Source: Hydrurus foetidus (Eukaryota). Taken from it: a stretch of 47,663 nt of DNA. Below, one piece after another: positions 28,296 to 40,300 of the stretch (within the stretch, counting starts at the first letter, position 1; each line of letters starts with the position of its first letter). Position numbers and translations under genes: made by a program. Below the pieces are notes generated by a model. That model ran no database searches, had not been told where the DNA came from, and saw only the letters and a program-made list of their open reading frames with translations. The stretch is from contig UYFQ01000375.1 in NCBI GenBank assembly GCA_900617105.1, positions 1 to 47,663 of the forward strand, written 5' to 3'.

Positions 28296-31200
28296 TTATG
28301 CGGGGCTTACCGGGTTTCCCGCAACAGAAACAAGATTTATGCAGTACCTTTGAAAAAAAGAAATATTGAGAGTGAAGGAAGATTTGAAGGAAAGAGTAAA
28401 GTTGTTTGTCCCGTAATTGAATGGACATCATATCGTATCGTATCATACTGTGTCGATTCATACAGCAGTGTAAGAACATATCATGTCAATATGAATGACG
28501 ATAAAGAAATTTAAAATAGCATGATGTTAGTAACGAATGACAATGTCCTTTATACGCTAGATACATATTATTTCGTTTTATTCTACATGTGCAGATACAA
28601 ATAGTACCAACCAATGACACGTACACATTATTGCAGGACCTACGCACCTGTTTCCCTTCATATCAGGTAAATTGTGTCCCAAGTGAGTGCCTGTTATAGA
28701 TACGGTCTCTCCATCACCAAGAGCACGTACGTTCTCCCAAACAACCTGACGTACGGGCAAGCATGTATACGTGATTAGAGACAATGTTAGCAATTATCGA
28801 TCCATCAAATCCATTTTATCGCATGTTTTTGCATGACTTATTATATAGATTTCTATCTCATCTTGAATATTTTTTCTGATGCTCTAAATAAACAGAATGT
28901 GCAGCAGTATTTGAATGAGAGGAATCAGAGTGTAGAGCGTTCTAATAAAAGCGAAAGTGAGAGTAGAAGAGAGTACAGTAGAGTAGTAGAAGAGAGTAGA
29001 GAAGAACGAAGATCCAATCAGGGTGAATTGAAAAAAGTTTCTCTTCATTATTCCCCTGATTTTTCTATCTAACATCTTCATTCGTCACCGACAATTCAAG
29101 ACTCCGACATCCCTTCTCATTTCCTACCGCTTTCCACCTTGCATCTACTTCGCTCTCTACTCTACTCTATTCTACTCTCTTCTACTCTACCCTACTCAAC
29201 TCTACCCTACTCCACTCTCTTCTACTCTACTCTACTGTACTCTATTCTTTTTCTAACTTGTACTCCACTAAGAAATGCATGCAAATAATAAATAACCAAA
29301 TCCCTTGATCTGGTCAACTTCACAGTTAAACAGTATGCAGGACAGTGTTCTGTCCTCTCTATCCCGCCCCACAATGCATCTTTCTCTCCTCTCCATCTTT
29401 CACAACGAATCTTCGTTCTTCTCTCTACTTCAACTTTTTTTATCCTTCATTCTCCCAAATCCTACAAAGACTATAGAATAGTTTTCTCCTCAAAACATAC
29501 GTGAAATATCTCGTAATCCAACAGTATTTGATGGCGCAAAGAGGAATATTCAGGAAAAATTTTCAGTCAATTTTTTATTCCAACTTCTTCATAGGTACAA
29601 TGCTTGCTTTCCCTCTCCAATGCCACTTCTCATTCTCTCTGTTTCTATTTCTCACCTCCTCGTCTCTGAATGATGGCCAGCCGTGTCCAAGACTTTCCTC
29701 TTTAAACTCTTCGAATGTTCTTCCTCTGGGGGCGATGAATAGAGGCTTTCCTAAGGGAAAAAAAGGAGAGAAAGAGGGAGAGAAATGAGGGAATGAAGAG
29801 GAGGAGAAATGTAGAGGCAGTGCAATGGAGGATCAAAAGAAGTGCAGTAAAGTGAGCGTTGATGAAGTTGAGTGTTTTTAAAAAAGAGGTGTGACATAGA
29901 GGGGATGAAGACGCTCAGCAAAGAATACAGTTTACATGAACATCTTGACGCTTTTCGAAAAGAATAATTTAATCTTATGGTGAGGATGCGCTGTACCTGT
30001 CACAGAGTCGTAATACGTCGTTTCTTTTGTCTTATCAACGTCCGCTAGAAATGTTGTTTCTTGTGTCCAATAACCTATGTGATAAATAAAAAAATTAAAA
30101 TAAGTTAACATTAATGCAATTCGTTTTAGTGGATTGCTACACAACAAAGAAGAAGGAGTTTTCATATCCTTCGCAGGCACATCATGTAAATGTGTGATCG
30201 TTTTATCATAATTTAAGAGCACTATTCAAATTACAAAAAAAGGAAAGATGAGTCGCGAATTTGACGTATGTGACGTTGTGTAGTCCTGTTTTATTTTTAT
30301 TATTTCTTTACCCTTTCTGTACAATAAAGGAGCAAGCAGTTACTATTTATTTCCTGAATTTTATGCAGGGATTATGAACATTTAAATGAAAAGTACTTTT
30401 AATTAATTAAAATTAATCAGGCAGATAGATATATCTTAATCTTTGATTTCTTGATGGTACATCTATCTAGGAACGGCAATGTTACACTGACATAATACGA
30501 TCACATTTTCTTGTTCGTTGATTCAACAGCAGTTACTTTCAGCTTTGCACTGACTCGTACTTAAATCAAAAAAATTGCAAAATAATATTCACAAACGATT
30601 TCTAAAAAAAACAAAAACAAATCAAAATGAACATTTCTGAACGCACCTGCATGCTCGGCAAATCTTCTGTTGTAATTGCAGATCCTGTCAGCAAGAGCAA
30701 CATCACATCCGTACTTCAAATTGCTTTGCACAGGAGAGTCACTTGAGCCGTGTAACTTCTTTTTCATAATTTCTTCACTTCCTCTGATAGGATATTTCGA
30801 CCCAGCTGCTGAGAAAAAGTAGTGTTTGTCAAGATAAGAGGTAGTGTTAGGATAAGAAATTGAGCAATTAACAAAAGGCTTGCAGCTGTTTAGAGAGTAA
30901 TTTGAGACTTCATACAGTAAGTGCAGTATAGTATCGTTCAAGCTTTCTTCGTGCTAATAATTTTTCAATATTAAAACACTCCCAATAAGAAAAATTCTTC
31001 AATATTGACAATAATAACGAGATAAATTGAGATAAATCTTTAGTCATATGCGGTGAGATAAATTGATGTGTCTATACTGTAATTCATGCATATTCGTGAG
31101 GATTATCGTTGTTCTTTGTTCTGATTGTTTCACTCAGTAATTACACTGCTATAAGAAGTTGCGCAACTCACAGATGAGTGTAGCTATGTACAACGCGTTG

Positions 31201-31403
31201 TGATTTGCAGTGTGCAGGGAAAAGTAAAAGAAACCACTACAGCAGTTACATATCATGCGGGCGTGAGACACTCATCTTCAAGATTTCTTCTTCACGAACT
31301 GCTCAATTCTCTTAGAGTATCTACAGCAAATAAATATCTCACCTAGAGCGAAGTAGTTGGGAACGATACCAGCTAGGACGCCTCCCGCAAGTACCACTCC
31401 ACC
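28296..31403 (-). CDS. msrB: Methionine-R-sulfoxide reductase B-like protein (zinc-free type); 5' end unresolved
   Basis: Exons ~31403-31343, 30808-30647, 30074-29997, 29750-29656, 28745-28648 and 28347-28296 splice in frame to ...YYDSVTGKPLFIAPRGR...HGWPSFRDEEVV...GETVSITGTHLGHNLPDMKGNRYCINLVSVAG. GWPSF, HLGH and RYCIN are MsrB signatures. Confidence 0.85.
29150..29245. repeat. (CTACT)n microsatellite, intronic
   Basis: Direct reading. Confidence 0.85.
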
Positions 31404-33382
31404 TTTTATAATATGTTAAGTCTGCGATGAAATGGAAGTACAATAGATTTGTGCTTCGAACTTAAATCCATCAAGAAGTAAGAAAGGAAATAGACCACAG
31501 ACAATTTCGAGCGACAACTCTGAATTCAGTCAGATTTCTCTCCTATCATTCACAATCTCATTGCAGGAACGTCAAATCTTTATCAAATTCCATATCTCAC
31601 TCAGGGAAGTTGATGTTGAAAAACTAGTCATCGAGTGAAGCGACTTGCAACAATTTCATCACAAAGGTCGCCCATCGTTTCACGCTGATAGTGGCATCGT
31701 CATGCAAGTAAAATCTTCACCTTGAATTAGTCCTCTGCCAACATTTATTCTGCCTGATAACTTTGGCACGACATTTGACGATACATTCAGAAGAATGGAT
31801 AGAGCGGTCAATGTTTGATAGGACAACAGCTGCATCATCTCTCCGAAACTGAAGGAATGACTACTCTTAACTTCCGCTTTTTCCTGCGCACTGTATTCTG
31901 CATCTATCTCCAGAATCGTCCCGCGGTATCATAGCATAGGATGGAGGAAGGATATATGAAAGTATAAAAGTGTGAGCATCAGAATCATCATCAGATGAAG
32001 GGTGACGTGTTGTGACGTCACTGAGATCCTGGATCCACGACATTCGATGACGTACTGTACGCATCCTGAACGTTCAACTCTTCACAGATTGATGCAAGCT
32101 TGATTGTACCGTAGTAGAAGTGGAGTCAAGGACAATATCCATCAAAGATATCGAAACGTTCCTCGTTACAACACGACGAAGAATGCCAAAATGACTCATT
32201 ATAAATCGATTGAAGTGTCGCCGTTGCGTCTGATTTATCACGGAAATTGCGCATATCATGTGAGAAGAATGTTCCTTTCAGTCAAAGAATCCAAAAAATT
32301 TCGGTAGGATGCTCCGACATTGTGAAGCAAAAGATGATCAGAAATTAAAAGAATGAAACAGAGTGTGTCGCTTAGTTATGAGGCTGACGGACAACTACAC
32401 GATAAAGCACAATACTCAAAGCATTGTATGAGTTGAACACGTACACCCGTAACTTACAGTACGTGTCGTGACACCATAAGCTATCCTATGTGTCGAGCAC
32501 ATCCAGATCGTACAGTGAGGTAACTTCCATACGTTACACTTCTTCCAGCAAGGTTCTGGCAGCTAAAATGTCTCCGCCGGTGGGTAGATGGAAGGCCCAG
32601 TAAGACTTCTCACCGTTCACCCAAAACATTATCTGCGCAACCCGCGGACGTTGGGTAATACCAGATAGATCAACGAACGCAAGAAAGAAAGGCCCAGACA
32701 TGACTTGTATGTAAATTCTGTCGGTATCCATCAGATAATATTATACGTGACATAGCGGTGACTAGAAGCTGTACTCTACTCTATGCAACACAGAAGAGAA
32801 GAAATGAGAGTCTATCAGTTACCTTCCCTGTTGGACCTTACAGTGGTTTAATGTTTGATAAATTGAGAACTATTTCAGAGACGGCTTCGAGGGTAGTTCA
32901 GCCCATGAAAACTAGGTAAAATCAACGAGAAATACATTTAGATTACATGTATTACATTGTTGTATCCCCAGAAGAAGATGTTTTGAGTCACAAACTGTTT
33001 CGGTGAGATTCAAGGGGATAAACGTGACATGACGAGATATGTTCGGAGTAATATACTTTGCTCTATTGCAACAAAAAAGAAAACAAATAAAGGTCTGTTA
33101 TTCGCCTGCCCTATCTCCTATGTCGTACTTCGATTATCCAAACATTGTACCGGAATTGTTAAGACCCTTGAGTTCTGTAAGGTCAATCTTTCTATTACGT
33201 ATAATGTAGCTGAGATACATCGCACACCATCTTTGGCTACTCCGTGTGTACAGGTAGTACCATAAACAAGGATTGTCATACCAATACTGATATCCGCTCT
33301 ATGCTGCATCAGATTTGTCCGGCTATGATGCGATTGCTGCATTCCTTCGTATCACTGTCATCTTAGGATACCGTCTCGCGAG

Positions 33383-35740
33383 CTACTCTCTGCCGCTGCC
33401 TGTTGCTGGCAGACAACTTCGGACTGTTGTGCATGCGAATAGGGAACCCTTATTTTGTCCGGATCGGATAGCTGCGAGTCTCCACGAAAGAGGTGGAAGA
33501 CAAAGAAGAATCTTGGCGCCGATAACGATGATCGGAAATCCAATAACGACCCAGGACACTGCAAGTTGAACAGAGATGCGATATTATGGAGTAGATTAGT
33601 CGTTATTTATTCGCCATGTCGCAATGGGAATGATGTTTATGACGATATTTGTTTCTCTGGCGAGTGTCGTGGCGATCAAAAACATAATCCAACATAATAA
33701 CGCATTGATGGACAGTGTGATACTCGCTATTCAACTGCACTTACATGTTGGTACTCGTCCCGTCCATTTTGAAATCTGTAACTCGGGATCGAGCGGACTG
33801 AAGTTCTCGCAGGCTAGTCCTCGATCTGTGCACAAGCTTCTCACAAGTAGAAGAAAAGTGTGAATGCCAGCCATGGCTAGGCCGAGATACCCAAGCACCG
33901 ATTGAATGAATGTCCACTCACTCCAACTCAGTTTCTGGGCGACAGAGGGTAGAGAGCAGATGCCGAGAATGAGATAGAGAGAAAAGGAAAAGATTCCCAT
34001 TAACATTGAGCCTTCTCCCCATCTGTGCGATGAAGTTGAAACGACGAAGTGAGTAGATTGTTGGTGTACTTCATGCTCCAGCATCATGCAATGTGACATA
34101 CGAACATTCATAATGTGAAGAGTATGATGTGCACAGAAATGATGTGAAGAGTATCAGAGGGCTGATCGGTAATTAGAAACAAGAGTGAAACTCTAGATGA
34201 TCACACTTCAAAAGTAGTCACAGGACAGTCCCATCATGCTTCGATGTACCTGTTCATTTTGGTGCTTGTTTTGTTCACGCCGACATCATAGAGACCTGTC
34301 GGTAGCAGCATAAGGCATGTCACGATGGCATGCTGCATTGTGAAGTACAGGGCGATCAGGCCGAGCATCTTCCTTGTTGCCAGCCACCCAGACAACCATC
34401 TTGGGAACGCTATCTTGCTGGTGCCGATGATGAGTTGGTAGACGGCAGCGAAATTGGATTCCGGCGAGGTGGACGAAATGTGTCGGACAGTATCCGGTCA
34501 CGAACCGGCATTTTGACGAAGTATCTGGTGTAGACGTACGGGTTTCCGACTGTGTACGTTATAGAGTTGATTGATGATGTCAATACTGTGTGATTTACGA
34601 TGGGAGTTTAAATGACAGTTGGAATATCCAAAATGTGGAGAAAGTCAAAACAGTAGTAGCCTTTATTCTTGACAAAGCTCGATCTCAACTTAAGAGATAG
34701 GTAACAAAGAGCGTTCCACTCATTACTTGCACAACATAAAATGATATTCGAGGTACTTACCTTCTTCCCAGTACCAGCTCGGTGAGTACATAACGATGAA
34801 CATCAGACTAGGAATGGCGATGACGGCAGATGCTTTCCATTCTGCGAAGAATTTGAAAGGAATAGCTTCGAGTGATCTGGCATTCTTGAGAACACCTGCA
34901 TCCCTGAAGGTTAAGAATAAGGAGAAATGAGAAATGAAGGGCATCATAATCGGGTTAATAGCAGTTGCATCTGAACTGCAAGTCCCAATTTCTGTGGCTG
35001 TATTGTTCAGGGTATATCATCAGATATTATCTACTGATGATGTGCTCTAGTCCCAATATTGGTACTAGAGGATCATTATTTAGTATTACTGTGTAGTTAC
35101 TGTGCGCTGTGACGCGGGCATGTCTTCGATCTCACTTCTGTACCTTGCAGTCGCTCCGATACTCTCGATCAGAGCACGCACATGAGACTTCGCTTCGTCG
35201 TTGTTCCCACAGTAGCGCAGTTGCTTGTCGCTGGGACCTCTGCTCAGCTCGTAGGCGCTTGTGTCGTTGAAAGCTTTCACGACGTGACATCCCGGAATGT
35301 TTCGTTGGAGCTCCTCGGCTGCGGACAGAATTTGCTTCTTGTTGGGCTTGCGGTTGCAGCAGTCGACGATAATCTTGTTCAGTGCGAGCTCCTCGAGCAC
35401 AGGAATAAGATTCCTGTGCGCCGACTGAGGAACAGCGAGGATAATGATGTCGCTGTTTTTGACAGCATCGACGACAGACACATGGTCGCAGACGACCTGG
35501 CATCTCGGTGCTCGCAGCATCTTCTGGACTGCGTGAGCCGACGACGACTGTGTAGTTGGCATCTACGATGCGTCTTGCTAGAGCTCGACCAATCCAACCT
35601 GCACCGATGACAGCGACTTTCTTGGCATTCTTCTGTTCCTCGTAATCTACGTCTAGGGTGATTCCGACGTGATCAAGATCCTTGTCGTCAGAGTACCACG
35701 ATCGGATCTTATCTGGGATGGCGTAAGCTTTGGCTAACAT
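33383..35740 (-). pseudogene. STEAP-like metalloreductase copy 1, frameshifted as assembled
   Basis: Exons 35740-35144, 34903-34761, 34549-34250, 34022-33745 and 33558-33383. There is a +1 indel at ~35500 and a scrambled patch at ~34450-34510 (exon 3 is 300 nt versus 295 nt in copy 2). This could be real decay or consensus error. Confidence 0.75.
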
Positions 35741-37832
35741 GATCGATGGTATTGAGTGTTGATAAATCTGTTGATGCGAAGCAAGTTCTCGTAGATTTGT
35801 AGCTACAGACACGAATCGTTTTGCAATCTTCTCTTTTGCAGAACTTCGCAGAGTTCAACATGGATCCAATAATTTGACTGGAGAATTCAACACGCTCTGG
35901 AGAGATGCAAATAGGTCCAAATATATAATTCAAGAGTTGCAACTTCCAACAGTAAATTGTAAATTTTGCATTGAAAATGCCATGAAAATTACTGAACATG
36001 GGGGGCCATTCCAGTATAAATTCCAAATTTTGCTCGAAAATAAATGTCCAAAATTTTCAAATTTTGGGCGACTTTTTCAAATTTTATTTTTTTAGATGAA
36101 CTTTCCCATAATCCAAGTGATTTGTAGGACTTTCAAGCGGCTTCGAAGCAATGTGTCGTCTTCATTGTTCTCACTATCGTATACTAGTCAGAACGATTTA
36201 GAAGACGGCTTCGAAGGTAGTTCAGCCCATGAAAACTAGGTAAAGTCAACGAAAAATACATTTAGATTACATGTATTACATTGTTGTATCCCCAGAAGAA
36301 GATGTTTTGAGTCACAAACTGTTTCAGTGAGATTCAAGGGGATAAACGTGACATAACTTGACATATTCGGAGTAATATACTTTGCTCTATTGCAACAAAA
36401 GAGAAAACAAATAAAGGTCTGTTATTCGCCTGCCCTATCTCCTATGTCGTACTTCAACTATCCAAACATTTTGCCGGAATTACTAAGACCCTTGAGTTCG
36501 GTGAGGTCAATCTTTCTATCACATATAATGTAGCTGAGATACATCGCACACCATCTTTAGCTACTCCGTGTGTACAGGTTGTACCACAAACAAGGATTGT
36601 CATACCAATACTGATATCCGCTCTATGCTGCGTCATATTTGTCCCGCTATGATGCGATTGCTGCATTCCTTCGTATCACTGTCATCTTAGGATACCGTCT
36701 CGCGAGCTACTCTCTGCCGCTGCCTGTTGCTGGCAGACAACTTCGAACTGTTGTGCATGCGAATAGGGAACCCTTATTTTGTCCGGATCGGATAGCTGCG
36801 AGTCTCCACGAAATAGGTGGCAGACAAAGAAGAATTTTGGCGCCGATAACGATGATCGGAAATCCAATAACGACCCAGGACACTGCAAGTTGAACAGAGA
36901 TGCGATATTGTCGAGTGGATTGGTCGTTATTTATTAGCCATGTCGCAATGTGGATAATAGTTCAGAGTTTGTATTTCAAGTGCTATTGCGATCAAAAACA
37001 TAGTCAAACCTATCCCAAACGCATTGATGGACAATGTGATGTTCCCTATGCAACTGCACTTACATGTTGGTACTCGTCCCGTCCATTTTGAAATCTGTAA
37101 CTCGGGATCGAGCGGACTGAAGTTCTCGCAGGCTAGTCCTCGATCTGTGCACAAGCTTCTCACAAGTAGAAGAAAAACGTGAATGCCAGCCATGGCTAGG
37201 CCGAGATACCCAAGCACCGATTGAATGAATGTCCACTCACTCCAACTCAGTTTCTGGGCGACCGAGGGTAGAGAGCAAATGCCGAGAATGAGATAGAGAG
37301 AAAAGGAAAATATTCCCATTAACATTGAGCCTTCTCCCCATCTGTGCGATGAAGTTGAAACGACGAAGTGAGTGGATTGTTGGTGTACTTCATGCACCAG
37401 CATCATGCAATACGACATACGAATATTAATAATGTGAAGAGTATGATGTGCATAGAAATGATGTGAAGAGTATCAGAGGGCTGATCGGTAATTAGAAACA
37501 AGAGTGAAACTCTAGATGATCACACTTCAAAAGTAGTCACAGGACAGTCCCATCATGCTTCGATGTACCTGTTCATTTTGGTGCTTGTTTTGTTCACGCC
37601 GATATCATAGAGACCTGTCGGTAGCAGCATAAGGCATGTCACGATGGCGTGCTGCATTGTGAAGTACAGGGCGATCAGGCCGAGCATCTTCCTTGTTGCC
37701 AGCCACCCAGACAACCATCTTGGGAACGCTGTCTTGCTCGTGCCGATGATGAGTTGGTAGACGGCAGCGACAATTCCGGCGAGATAGACGAGACTGAACA
37801 GAAGTAGCGCATACCGTCCCGACATTTTGACG

Positions 37833-38094
37833 TTCTCTTCTGCTGTCGGTGTCCCGTCCCCTTTGGGGAATACCGTCTGTCGGGCTCCCTCTCGTGCTCC
37901 TCTCCCAATAAGCTCCTCGCTTGCCGAGCACTAGGGGAAGGCCGAATTACTTTAAATGAATATGTTCTTAATGTTAACTTACGGGTGGTGTCGCTTGCGC
38001 GTCTAGTTTATCCGGTCCCCCCCAACCCGCCCCAGACTGGTGCTAGGGGTCGGGGTCGCGGGGCGGACCGTGGGTCAGGATGCCCTTCACCAAC
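37833..38094 (-). repeat. Split direct repeat B2 (3' terminus of element)
   Basis: Near-identical to 38486-38748. I see 2 substitutions and one C-run length difference. Confidence 0.95.
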
Positions 38095-38175
38095 TGACAC
38101 GCAAGTGGTCAGGTAACATCAAACAAATTAAATGTAAACGTTATAGTATCTCTGTAGGAATGGCTGGCTACGGGG

Positions 38176-38485
38176 TAAATTAAGCGACGATGAGTATCCT
38201 CGAAATCGGGCGTTTCGAATAATTGTGACAAGGTGCTGTCACCGACAAACATTTCGATTTTCAAACATCGCATTTGAACCCACTTTTCAAATGTATGCTG
38301 TGACGGACTAAACTACGTTGAGGCTAATAAAACGACGTGGGGAGGCGGTCCACGTTCCGTACGCCGCGTGGCGCTGTCCCGTTGTATTCCCCCCCTATCT
38401 CCGTCCCTGAGGGGTCCGGCTCCGGTCAGCGGTCCCTGCTCCTTTCACGCCAGAGAACCTGTACTGCCGTGGCGGCATCTCCTAA
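38176..38485 (-). repeat. Split direct repeat A2 (internal)
   Basis: Near-identical to 44658-44967. It abuts B1 at CTCCTAA|TTCTCTT. Confidence 0.95.
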
Positions 38486-38748
38486 TTCTCTTCTGCTGTC
38501 GGTGTCCCGTCCCCTTTGGGGAATACCGTCTGTCGGGCTCCCTCTCGTGCTTCTCTCCCTATAAGCTCCTCGCTTGCCGAGCACTAGGGGAAGGCCGAAT
38601 TACTTTAAATGAATATGTTCTTAATGTTAACTTACGGGTGGTGTCGCTTGCGCGTCTAGTTTATCCGGTCCCCCCCCAACCCGCCCCAGACTGGTGCTAG
38701 GGGTCGGGGTCGCGGGGCGGACCGTGGGTCAGGATGCCCTTCACCAAC
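38486..38748 (-). repeat. Split direct repeat B1 (internal)
   Basis: Copy of 37833-38094. Confidence 0.95.
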
Positions 38749-38814
38749 GTCCACTCAAGGGCGTCGCACCCAGTGCCGCTGACCCTCCCCTAATCCCTGC
38801 CGCTCCTGGGTACC

Positions 38815-39941
38815 TCACTTGCGCTCAGCTGGGAGTAGCTTCATTACGTCACTGACCTCGGGGCGACGACCGCCCACGAGACTGTTGGCTGCCAAGGGGC
38901 CCAAGCCTGTCGCGTAGTCGTAGGTCGTGTTCATCACCTGCGAGTTGGGGGCGTAGTTCCGCGGTCTCTGCGGTCGTCCTCCGACGCGCCGAGTGCCCTC
39001 ATCTGCGTGATTGCGCCTTTCCTCAGCGAGTGCGAACTGAAGTAGCTCGGGGGTAAACCGTTGAGGACACATGTCTTCTTTAGCTCCTCTCTCAATGTCC
39101 TCGCGCGCAAGGGCACCCTCTTACCGCTCAACCTGTGACAGCTTAGGAGCTCCTCGGTACCCCCAGCTCCACTCTTGACGACGAAATGAATAATGTCATC
39201 AAGGAATTCGCTCTCCTCGGGTGATCGCCTGGAGACAAGCTTCGCCTTGTTGGTGACCTTTCCCTTGGTGCTCGTGCCTTGCACTCTGCATTCCGCGATC
39301 TGCAGCGTCCCTCCGGGGATGTCGGAGACGCCCAATGAGGACAAGAGACTTCCTGACACGATCCTCGTGCCCCCCGTCGTTACGACCACGAACGAAAGGT
39401 CATCCGTCCTCACGCAGTGGTCCACGTCCCCCGGCTCTGATTTGGTGTACTCCGACACGCGGGCGCCCAGCTCGAACCCCCACATGCAACCCAGGTATGT
39501 CATCCTGCATTGCATGTCTACCCCTTCCCATCCCTTCCCGACCCATAGCCGATTCCGGATATCGCTGACGATGCTCTCGCACACCGGGAGCTTGGCCGAG
39601 CTTGTCGCACCGTTGTCCCTCCGGGCCCGCAGCTCCTCTGGTTTCATCATGCACGCTGCTCGTGCCGTCGCTACGACGGGCTCCTCCAAGAAGGACGCGG
39701 AGAGTGCAGCACATACGAACTTCATCCGGACGCCCGCTGTGAATGACGTCGCCGCCTTACCTCTGTGACCAGCCTGATGCTTACGGGCCATCATGAGCGC
39801 GACCATCGTAGCTTTCCCTTGCACATCCATCCCGGACAGGAAGGGGTCCGCCGTCCGCGTCTCCTCGCACACGAACTTAGTCCACGCTGCCCAATGGCCA
39901 TCGTAGACCCTGTTCGTCTTTACTGCCACCGACTTTGACAC
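38815..39941 (-). CDS. Tyrosine recombinase of the retrotransposon (one apparent frameshift near 38958)
   Basis: ELGARVSEY (catalytic R) and SHSLRKGA (HxxR). After a 1-nt shift the frame continues GNYAPNSQVMNTTYDY (candidate catalytic Y) to a stop at 38815. Confidence 0.9.
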
Positions 39942-40300
39942 GAACTCGGACAGGACGGTGCGGCTCTGTTCCGAGATGACTCCTCCTGCGTGGTGGGTGG
40001 GGTCCGCCTCCTCCCTACTCTGTCCGGCCGCTGGTCCCTGGTCCGCTCGCGCTACCGTACTAGACGTCGCGATCCTCCCTCCGCTGTCACTGCCGCACGC
40101 CGCTGCGAGAGTAGACGTACAAAAGGGGCTGTGGAGTGACGTCTCATGAGCGGTGACTGACCGTATATGTGTGGTGCAAGTGTAGGGTAGTTAGGGTAGG
40201 TCCATCGGCGAGGGGTGCAGGGTGGTTAAGGTATAGGGTCCGTAGGCGGGTATGCACCGGGTCTGGGCTCGTCCCACTGGCCGCTGTCTAGGTGACGTGG

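Noticed and set aside
33029..33569. Small ORFs recurring in every tandem unit (MQQSHH..., MQCPGS..., MSGYDA...)
   Set aside because: Their conservation reflects recent duplication. The true coding frame is STEAP exon 5 (LSWVVIGFP...GRE*), and the rest is UTR or spacer.
37833..38748. Repeats interpreted as conventional LTRs or a solo LTR
   Set aside because: The order is A...B-A-B, there are no TG..CA ends, no TSD and no DDE integrase, and a tyrosine recombinase is present.
40180..40245. TAGGGT-like motifs between RT and YR
   Set aside because: Few and irregular. Not a telomeric array.
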